Source: Octopus sinensis
Lineage: Eukaryota
Length of the DNA: 64,000 nt
Assembly: GCF_006345805.1 (NCBI RefSeq)
Contig: NC_043011.1
Location: forward strand, 49,302,464 to 49,366,463
Direction: 5' to 3'
A program made the position numbers and the translations under genes. Position 1 is the first letter of the stretch; each line of letters starts with the position of its first letter. The notes beneath the pieces were generated by a model. It worked only from the letters and a program-made list of their open reading frames with translations. It made no database searches and was not told where the DNA came from. Positions 54,210 to 64,000 of the stretch are shown here, one piece after another.

Positions 54210-55259
54210 TCTTGTTATCTGCCAGAGGGTGGTAGGGGTTTGCTCCCCCGCTAACAATATATATTGTATATAAAGGGTGCAAAGTCGCACCGATAACCAT
54301 TTAATCGAATCCATTTAATCGAATTATAAACGGCATTCGACGCCCTGGGTTACGGAAATCCTGCTAAAGTCATGCGCATAGCCCGATTCTGCAGAAGCAC
54401 CAACTAAAAATAACAATAATAATAATCTCTTATCTTTTACTGGTTTCAGTCATTGGACTGCAACCATGCTGTTGCACCGCCTTGAAGGGTTTAGGGGAAC
54501 AAATCGATTCTAGTCTTAACATTTTGTTTATAAAGTCTGCTATTTATTCTAATGGTGTCTTTTTTTAAATTCATTTAATTGGCTACAAGGGCTTTACAAA
54601 GAAAGGAAGCTGCGGGCTGAACACGGACATAATGGGATGGAATGATTAACGATATGATAATAATGAGGGCAACAGCATCGCCTGCCGATTGCTGTTTACC
54701 CGAGCACATTGTTCTTTCATAAAACATTTTAAGGCAGCAAACTTCTTACATGATAACACATTAAGGAGGCAATAGACCGCTTACACTAACTACATACAAA
54801 GCCACTTTGAGGCAATAAACCTCTTACTCAAGTCCATTTACGAAATCGGGCCAATTTAGCATAAATCTGTAGGTATCCTTGGGGAAGGAGTCCATTATCT
54901 TGAACAGGTCGTTCTCCCTCATGACCTTCGCAGCCACCTCCGAAGGCCAGTCAGGGTCCTCCGTGCAAGACAGAATCCCCTCCCTTCGGCCCTTCGTTTT
55001 GAGCTTTTTAACAAAGCGCTCCACTGCCCCTTCCTTATGGAAAAGGACCACAAATTCCTCATTCGTATCACGGGTGTGGGGAGAGGGGGTGGCTGTAAAG
55101 TTTCCATTTTTGGTGGCACAGCTCCCACCAAAGTTGATTCGGGACACGCTAGCAGTGTGTCACCAACCGCCAAACAAAAACCGGCTGCCAACCGATAGTG
55201 GAAAAAGCTGATGACCAGAACAAAGACACACACATATATACACAGACATACACTTACAC

Positions 55260-56435
55260 AAGGGTGGAGCGAAAAAAGTAGCATTATGCAAAATAAATGA
55301 CATCATTAGACTTCATAAACTTTCGAGAGAAAGCGTGAAATAATTTCGTACCTCGTAAATTCACCCTTCTATATCAGTAATGGAAAGTTTTAGATTTTCA
55401 GTTTATCTGAATCAATCGTAACACAAGGGATGGATGCCTTTTGCCAAAGAAGAATTATCTTTCTGCAACAATCTTGACAATTCGTTTAATTTACCGTAAA
55501 TTCTCGAAAATAATCCGAATTTTTTCCCCAAAATTTAAAGGTCAAAATCCCTAGTGTGTACTATATAAGAGGTTAAAAATGAAAGATATTTTCTAAGCAA
55601 TGTCCAAGTCTCTATTTGCTGTCCGGCAATGTTAAGTCAGACGCATTTTGTGATGTCAGGCGCAAAAATACCTTAAGCTAAGCCTGAAAATAATGATGTC
55701 ATAAAATAATCATCCATAACTTGCAATAAGCAACAGTTATTAAATTAAAAGTATTCAGAACACAGAATAACATGTAACAAAAACAATTTGCAAACATATT
55801 TACATTCCCATATAACAGTTAAGAACATCACCATTATTGTATTACGTATGCGCAAGGATACCTACAGAAATTTCTTCGACTAGGTGCTGCTGGCTTAATT
55901 ATGCACGACTCAAGTTACAGAAGTGGTGCGTATTATACACAAGGTTTAGGCTTTTCAGAGGTATAGCCCCCTAAAAATCCCCTGCGTATTATACTCGTGG
56001 ACGGACTATACTCGAAGATTTACGGTAAATGTGTAATACATATATTCGGTGACCTAGTATTAAAATAATAAAGAAAACAAAGTTGGAAAGTCTATGTATT
56101 TCCCATAATTTTGAAATTTCAATTGCGTTGCAGAGCCTCAAGATATAAATTGTAGAGCGTGAGACTTTAACACTCTTGCTCATAAAAATATTTTACAAAA
56201 ATAAATCAATTTGTAACAATGAATGTAAAAATAAAATGCGGAGCGGCAAACGTGTTGTGAATTGATTTTTCGCTCATTATTCAAAATTTTAAGTGGGCTT
56301 GCGGAGCCTGAAGATGCAAATTTAAGAACTTCAAATTTTGGCAGCATGACTTTTAAAAAGTTTGCAATAAACAATATATTCTTAAAAACATATTTTGAAA
56401 ATACGTGTAAAACGTATCTTTTTCGCACCACCCTA
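55260..56435. mobile_element. hAT-like MITE
   Basis: TIRs agggtggagcgaaaaa / tttttcgcaccaccct; degenerate 8-bp TSD acttacac / gctcacac. Confidence 0.65.
55494..56025. mobile_element. Tc1/mariner-superfamily (Tc2-like) MITE nested in the hAT-like MITE
   Basis: TA|CCGTAAATTCTCGAAAATAATCCG ... CGGACTATACTCGAAGATTTACGG|TA. Confidence 0.7.
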
Positions 56436-56468
56436 GCTCACACACACATACATACATACATACATACA

Positions 56469-56499
<31 letters not shown>

Positions 56500-56501
<2 letters not shown>

Positions 56502-57048
56502 GGTGGCTGCCCCCTCGTTATCGAGTATGGCCATTGCACGAAGCTTAATCAATGTTGTTATCGTGCAATGCCTGTGCAAGAAGACTTTTTTTTTAAGTGA
56601 GGAAAGGCTGTGCACTGAGTCAATCCCATTCACTAAGCAACAGCAGCCATAATCCGAAAAGTAGAACAAGTCAACATCATCGGTAACCACTGAGCCGCAG
56701 GTTTTATGTCGGAGTTATCCCAGTTTCCTGAGTTACCTTCTCCTAGAAGGATGCCCTAACAAGGGCTAGGAGTCCTTCACTCCCAATGGTTTAACCGCGC
56801 GATCGGGTATTCAGTCTGATTATTTCTATGTCCCCGCGCATGATACAGCCTTAAGACATTTATTGGATGGCCGTTGACTCTCAAGAGTTTCTCCGCCCTT
56901 TGACGGGTTTTGTTTTTCATCCCGCAGGGTGTCCAATAAACACCCTCCTCGCCAAGCAAGCTTGGTGGGGTTGTCAGTTTAGTCGCCGACGACCTGACCA
57001 TGCAACAGGTTGTACTGGGTTACATGTTACCAGTAGCACTCGAAAGTG

Positions 57049-57050
<2 letters not shown>
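56500..57050 (-). mobile_element. ~550-bp non-coding element flanked by (CATA)n, RTE 5' UTR-like
   Basis: GC-richer structured sequence; minus-strand ctcctagccc...ttctaggagaaggtaactc resembles RTE 5' UTR motifs (from recall). Confidence 0.45.
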
Positions 57051-57080
<30 letters not shown>

Positions 57081-57555
57081 TCTTTGTTTCAGTCATCAGA
57101 CAGCGGCCATGCTGGGGCACTGCCTTGTAGAACTTTTGTCAAAAATATCATAGTATATGATATATAACAACAAATGTAAATAATGGAGACGATAGAAAAA
57201 TGATTGTAGCATCGCCTCTAGGATTCGAATGTCACCTCTGCTGTTAACCCAGTCACTGTGAAAAACCACCACACAAAAATGACATTACATCTTTGGCCTT
57301 CGAAATTAGGGGGCTTAAGCTCAGTAACCATGACAACATATGCCAGTAGTCTATCAATAGGAATTTCACCGAATACCCTATGAAGCTATAATATCATAAA
57401 GTATTTAAGTAAATAAATCGGATGGAGAGCAGAATCGGTAGAAGGGCGGATGAAATACTGTATGGCTTTCTTTTTTATGTTTTAATTAATGAAACTGGAA
57501 GAAGAGGCAGCGTCCATGGCCTACGCAGGCGTTGCTAGACGGTTGTAGTTGATAC

Positions 57556-57791
57556 ATTAAGGCGGCGAGCTGGCAGAAACGTTAGCACGCCGGGCGAAAT
57601 GCTTAGCGGTATTTCGTCTGTCGTTACGTTGTGAGTTCAAATTCCGCCGAGGTCGACTTTGCCTTTCATCCTTTCGGGGTCGATAAATTAAGTACCAGTT
57701 ACGCACTGGGGTCGATGTAATCGACTTAATACCTATGTCTGTCCTTGTTTGTCCGCTCTGTGTTTAGCCCCTTGTGGGTAATAAAGAAATA
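57556..57791 (+). mobile_element. Full-length family A SINE with 15-bp TSD
   Basis: TSD ggttgtagttgatac at 57541-57555 and 57792-57806. Confidence 0.92.
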
Positions 57792-57851
57792 GGTTGTAGT
57801 TGATACCATGTTCGTCCTAAGCATTTGCAAGTCAACAATTCGAGAAAATGT

Positions 57852-58177
57852 AAGGACAGGGTGGGTGTAGCAGAGGGTCGGCGTTATAAGGAGTAAGGAT
57901 TGAGTGGAGTGATTAGATTGAGGCCTGGAAGTGTACAGAAGACATAAAAAGAACATGAGGAGGAGAGACAAAGAAGACTGGAATTGTTGAATGAATGTAG
58001 CATGGGCCTGGTAAGGTAAGGACAGGGAGGGTGTACCAGAGGGTCGGCATAATAAGGAGTAATGATTGAGTGGAGTGATTAGATTGAGGCCTGGAAGTGT
58101 ACAGAAGACATAAAAAGAACATGAGGAGGAGAGACAAAGAAGACTGGAATTGTTGAATGAATGTAGCATGAGCCTGG
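57852..58177. repeat. 166-bp tandem duplication
   Basis: aaggacaggg starts at 57852 and 58018; few substitutions. Confidence 0.9.
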
Positions 58178-58396
58178 CTATCTTCAAGGAGAGACGCAGC
58201 GGCCAGAAATGTAGCGGTAGAAAAGAGAGAGGGAAAAAGCAGATGATGACAAAATAGATGTACAGGCCAATTACTTAGATCGATTTGTTCGGCTCAGTTC
58301 TTCAAGACAGTGCTGTTGCATGACCGCAGTCAAAACACCGAAATAAGTAGTATAGGTGTATATATATTTTTCTCTTTCCCTGTTTATTTCTGTGTT

Positions 58397-58434
58397 CCTT
58401 TCTGTTGAAGAGCATACGCTCGAAATGTAAAAGA
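58397..58434 (+). ncRNA. Hammerhead-like motif (CUGUUGA variant) in a (TA)n-flanked element 58365-58530
   Basis: CUUU CUGUUGA A GAGC AUAC GCUC GAAAU GUA AAAG. Confidence 0.45.
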
Positions 58435-58682
58435 CCTTCTCACTTCCTGAGTGTTAAACTAATACATCTGTTTGTTGTTTACACATCCGTCTTCGTCTTT
58501 TGTTCTTGTTTTTTTTTTTGTAAATTTTCACTATATATATGTGTGTGTATATATGTATATACATACATATATACATATATATGTGTGTGCGCGTGTGTAT
58601 GTATATGTATGTACTATGTATTTATATGTATATAGGTATCTATCTATCTTTTTCTCTCTTTCTCCCTCCCTCTTTCTCTCTC

Positions 58683-58717
<35 letters not shown>

Positions 58718-58770
58718 GTACACGTACATCCATACATCCATACATATATGTGTGTGTGTATGTATGTGTA

Positions 58771-58815
<45 letters not shown>

Positions 58816-59279
58816 ATATATGTGTGTGTGGTGTGTGTATGTATATAGATATATATATACACACACACACATATATATATACATTCAGTCATACATTGCG
58901 TGTGTGTGTGTTTGTGTGCGTACGGGCGAGTGTGTGTATAGTGTGTATGGTTGCAAATGTGTGTAAACAAAACGTCGCAGCTCTAGACATGATAGATCTG
59001 ACACATCATATCCGATAATGTAGGCCTTGAGGACCGATAATGTACTCCAGCGTGCTTTGAACTTGAATAAAAGACGGTGTGGGTCCTGTCTGGATCTCCT
59101 TTGATCACACAACAACTGCTAAGAGAGCTACCATCACAAAGTAAACAACAACAACCACAACAGCAACAATATTCTAGTACATTGTGAGCGTGTATTTAAA
59201 AAGCTGTTTATCTGTACGTAAAATTTCAGACGGAAAATCATGTCATAAAGATTATTTTGCTTACAAATCCACAAAACTA

Positions 59280-59757
59280 TTGGGTTGTCTGGAAAGTTCA
59301 TGCCGATTTTTAAAGGAAAGAAAAAGGTCAATAAATACTTGCCATTACATTTTCAATCAACGAAATATGAACCATTTAGTTGCACAATGCGTCTCCATCT
59401 TTCCTTTAACTACCCTCTTCCCAGAATTGAGGTGGTTTCATGGCAAAGAATTCATCAAGGTATCTTTTCACGTCATCCAAGGAATTGAAATTTTTACCAT
59501 TAAGACTATTCTGCAGAGACCTGAATAAGTGGAAATACGAAAGAGCAATATTTGGTGAATATGGAAGGTGGGGTAACACATCCGAGCCGAGCTGCAGCAA
59601 TTTTTTCTGGTACCCAAAGATACGTGCGGTCTTGCATTATCATGCTGGACCTGTTGGCCAATTCTGGACGTTTCTCTTGAATTGCTGCTTTTAACCCGTC
59701 CAGTTGTGTGAAGTATTTCTCAGAATTAATTGTTTGGTTACTTGAGAGAAGCTCAAC
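59280..59757 (-). mobile_element. Decayed mariner (DD34D family) transposon, 3' half with TIR
   Basis: ELLSSNQTINSEKY, QHDNARPHV and YSPNIALSYFHLFRSLQNSL; TIR TTGGGTTGTCTGGAAAGTTCATGCCGATTT next to TA at 59278-59279. Confidence 0.9.
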
Positions 59758-59879
59758 CATGTTCTAAAATAGGTCAAGATTTCTTGCCAATAGAGAAAGA
59801 ACCGTTTTCTAACCAAGATTCAAGGCTCCTTCATTGGAATTTCAACATCAACAACAGGGTATTTTTGTTTGTATGTATG

Positions 59880-59913
<34 letters not shown>

Positions 59914-59951
59914 TGTATTATGTATGTATGTATGTATGTATGTATGTATGC

Positions 59952-59982
<31 letters not shown>

Positions 59983-60099
59983 CATGAATGTATACATGCA
60001 TGTATGTATGTATGCATGTATGTATGCACGTGCAGACTTGTATGTTTTATGTATGTATTCGCATGCATAAAGTTACATATCTAGACATGTTCATATATA

Positions 60100-60398
60100 T
60101 TTAAATGATGAATTTTGTAAAGTTTTACAGATTTTTACAGTTACAGTAATGGATTGGATCAGCAGTCTTCGCATTAGTTTTCTCCTTTCTGGTTTTGAGA
60201 AACCTAATTCTCAAGTTTGGTATGTAGGCAGTGTGTTACATATCCCAGGCTCACAATAGTTACAGGTATAAACCTGAATTTGTAATGTGGATAGAGTAAC
60301 TGCAGATCTCTCTATAGTCCAGCATAGGTCTTCTCTTTTTCACTGATCTTCAGGTGTATGCTAACATCCGGTGGGCACCTAATTTCGATAACAGGGTA
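60100..60398 (-). mobile_element. Decayed RLE-type LINE 3' end (a third family)
   Basis: Frameshifted VIEIRCPPDVSIHLKISEK, LYPHYKFRFIPVTIVSLGYVTHCL and LIQSITVTVKICK. Confidence 0.65.
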
Positions 60399-60907
60399 TT
60401 TTTCTATGTATAAATGTATTTATGTATGTGTGTATGTATAGTCGTAATGTAAATATATGTATAGCATCTATAACGAAAACAGGTTCGTGTTTAACATGTA
60501 AATAGATATGTCACCACTTTCAGAAAGCCCTCTCTTCAACCAAAAACCTTTATTTCCTTCCTGACAGCCATATCAATCAATAACGTCCTTGTGACACCGG
60601 GTTTTGAACGACTTTAAACTCATCCACCAAAGACTCTGGGGTTAGCAATAGATCGTTTTTAATAGAAATCTCTACGAACCCTTTCTTGTGAAAGTTGCAA
60701 TATACATACTCCTGTGGGTTCATAGCAACAAGCTAGCAGAGATCTTTATTCCCTCCAGTTACGTTAAACTGTATATCAAGGATTTTTAAGCAACTCGTAA
60801 TAGCCTCGGCAAAGCACCAACGTTGATAACACCGCACCGTGAAAAGCAAAGTTAGCTTTCTTTGTGACTGTCCGTCCGTGCCTTTCTCTTGGTCCTTGAT
60901 CGCAAAA

Positions 60908-60911
<4 letters not shown>

Positions 60912-60963
<52 letters not shown>

Positions 60964-60964
60964 T

Positions 60965-61019
<55 letters not shown>

Positions 61020-61035
61020 TTCTCTCTCCCTCTCT
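60912..61035. repeat. (TC)n microsatellite
   Basis: Direct reading. Confidence 0.95.
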
Positions 61036-61379
61036 CTTGACACCATTACTGCGTACTGCGTAGATAGGTCAAAGGCTCTTATAAATAGCCTGTTCTCTCA
61101 TAGATAGGATCAAAGCCAGCACACATTCAAGCACATGCGAGCACATATATTATATTTGCTCACCTATGCGCATATGTAAAGGTAATAATGTACATCGGAA
61201 TGAATCTGCGCATGCGCTTAGGTGTATATGTAAAGAGAACCGTATTTACATATACGAAGATATCATCTTATAGAAATATTTATACAAGCATTTATAACCG
61301 TGTAAGTATGTTTCAATACCTGTGCATAAATATGTATAAACGCATATATGCACAAGTATGCCTATATAATTATATGCAT

Positions 61380-61383
61380 ATGC

Positions 61384-61423
<40 letters not shown>

Positions 61424-61446
61424 TGTATATGTATAGTAAGCATATG

Positions 61447-61486
<40 letters not shown>

Positions 61487-61503
61487 TAGTATGCATATGC
61501 CTC

Positions 61504-61534
<31 letters not shown>

Positions 61535-61696
61535 CATATGCTACAAATACATTCAAATATATTCACACACACGCATATGTACATGTATATGTAAATGTAT
61601 ATGCATGTGTGCACACAAAACACACACACTACATTGTATATGCATATATTGTGTGTTCATATATAATATATATATAATATATCCATACATGTGTGT

Positions 61697-61766
<70 letters not shown>

Positions 61767-61874
61767 TCCATACATGTGTGTATATATATATATATATGTA
61801 TGTATATATGTATATATATATATATAGATATATATATATATATCTATATATATATATATATCCATACATGTGTG

Positions 61875-61905
<31 letters not shown>

Positions 61906-61963
61906 ATATGTATATATATATATATATATTATATATATAATACATATATATATATATATATAG

Positions 61964-61997
<34 letters not shown>

Positions 61998-62000
61998 GTA
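61380..62000. repeat. (TA)n-dominated compound microsatellite
   Basis: Direct reading. Confidence 0.95.
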
Positions 62001-62099
62001 CGCATGTGTATGTGCGAGCGAGCGCACGTGTGCATGAACATATTTCGAACATGCACGCCAAGTCATTAATTTGTTGTCGTCGATGATAATGATGATGAC

Positions 62100-63070
62100 G
62101 ATATTAACGTTAGCAACAGATACGGTGGTGGCGGTGTTGGCGGTGATGGTGGTGGTTGTGGTGGTGATGTTGATGGTGGTGGTGGTGGTGGTGGTGGTAA
62201 CGGTAGTTGTGGTGGTGGTAACGGTAGTGGTGGTGGTGGTGATGCTGGTTGTGCTGATGAGGATTCTATTCATTTCGTGTTGTATCACTTTGATCTTATT
62301 AAATTACATATCAAAGTATTCGCCATCATCATCGTCATCATCGTCATCATCATCACCATCACTATCATCCTACTATCAGCAGCATTGTCATCATCATCAT
62401 CATACTCATCTCCAGTGTTATCATCATCACAACCATCATCTTCATCATCATCCTCTTAACTACCATCGTCTCGTCCCCCATTACCACTACCCCACCCAAA
62501 TCACTGCAGCAAACCACCACTGCTATTATTCTGCCCCATCTACAACAACCACTACTATCACTAACACTACAACTAACAACACCACCATAAATACTGCAAC
62601 CAACACCATTTCCACTATCACCTCTTACCACCACCATTGCTACTAATACTACCACCATCACCACAGCCATCACCACCACCACCATAACCATCACTACCAC
62701 TACCACAGCCATCACCATCAGCATCACTGCCACTATCAGAACTACCACTACTACTGCTACCACCACGACCACCAAAGCAATCAGAACTGCCATTACTACT
62801 ACCACCACAACCAGCACCACTAACATACACCACCACCACTATCCACTACCACACCATCCACCACTATCATATCTACCACTACAAATACCACCACTACAAA
62901 TACCACCACTACCACCACCATCACCACAACCACAGTCACCATCACCGTCATGGCTACCACTACCTCTACCACCACCACCACCACTGCCACCACCATCCAC
63001 TACCACCACTATCCACTACCACCACCATCCACTACCACAACCACCACCACTACAGCCACCACCACCGCCA
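62100..63070. repeat. (GGT)/(CAT)/(CAC,TAC) trinucleotide low-complexity tract
   Basis: Direct reading. Confidence 0.9.
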
Positions 63071-63289
63071 TACGATAATCATGCCTCAGCTGTGCCTACC
63101 ACTGGAACTTACAAAAGCCAACGAGGGACCTGCTAGATATAATGATTGAATTTACCTCAAATCTCACCCTATTGATTCATTCCACTTTGTAATCGGATAT
63201 AACTCTGCAAAGACAGGATGGTCACGTTAAGAGTGCCTTTGATCATTCGCTTGTTTATTCACGGTTCACTTGGGACCCAAGAACAATAA

Positions 63290-63383
63290 TATATATATAT
63301 ACACATACACAAACACACACATACACACACACACACACACATATATATATACACATACACAATATACACACCATACACAAACA

Positions 63384-63439
<56 letters not shown>

Positions 63440-63453
63440 CACATACACAAACA

Positions 63454-63500
<47 letters not shown>

Positions 63501-63760
63501 TATATACACATACACAAACACACACATACACACACACACACACACACAACACACACACACATATATATATACACATACACAAACACACACATCACACCAC
63601 ACACACAACACACACACACACACATATATATATATACACATACAAAACACACACATACACACACACACACACAACACACATATACACACACAACACACAC
63701 ACACCCCACACACACACACACAACATATATATATATATATATACATACACAGACATATAC
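63290..63760. repeat. (CA)n/(TA)n compound array with recurring atatatatatacacatacacaaacac unit
   Basis: Direct reading. Confidence 0.9.
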
Positions 63761-64000
63761 ATACATATTGGATACCGCAGTAAATGCATCAGTTTACCCA
63801 AGATGCCACCCTTAACAACCCCCTACGATACATCACTACATATTGATTCAATGAAGAAGCCTTTACAAGGCAACTTAATCTGCTAGAAATAGTAGTAAGT
63901 TCAGTAATGTACATCTTAATGCTTCACAGAACAAGTGCAGCTTGGTTGGTAAAGTCCTGACATTGTTCCTGACGAAAAATAGAAGACAAAAAAAAATGGG

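Noticed and set aside
56930-57050. Twister fold for TAACATGTAACCCAGTACAACCTG (minus strand)
   Set aside because: Loop 4 lacks the CC needed for pseudoknot T1, and no P1 closes the structure
59833-60402. aacagggtattttt repeated at ~59833 and ~60390 as a possible TSD
   Set aside because: The second copy lies inside the RLE-like coding remnant, and the boundaries do not fit a single insertion

Overview
AT-rich, microsatellite-saturated eukaryotic (animal) DNA, most likely an octopus/cephalopod intronic or intergenic region. The organism is inferred from the tRNA-derived SINE families and repeat landscape, not proven. No host protein-coding exon could be supported: nearly all listed ORFs are microsatellite read-throughs or SINE antisense frames. 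The window holds dozens of tRNA-derived SINE copies (families called A to E here), three non-autonomous Helitrons, hAT- and Tc2-type MITEs (one nested in another), decayed Tc1 and mariner transposases, four fragments of RLE-type (R4/Dong-like) LINEs, an RTE 3' fragment, mini- and microsatellites, several fold-back palindromes, a ~1.5 kb tandem duplication and a 100-N gap. The most notable signals are: (i) eight type I hammerhead-ribozyme-like motifs in short elements, mostly (TA)n-flanked (Penelope pLTR / retrozyme-like), including an inverted pair, a copy inside a 345-nt direct-repeat-bounded unit, and a subfamily with a non-canonical CUGUYGA core; (ii) a 5'-truncated U6 snRNA copy ending in four Ts and joined directly to the 5' end of a full-length SINE; (iii) two head-to-tail RLE LINE copies embedded in (TAA)n.
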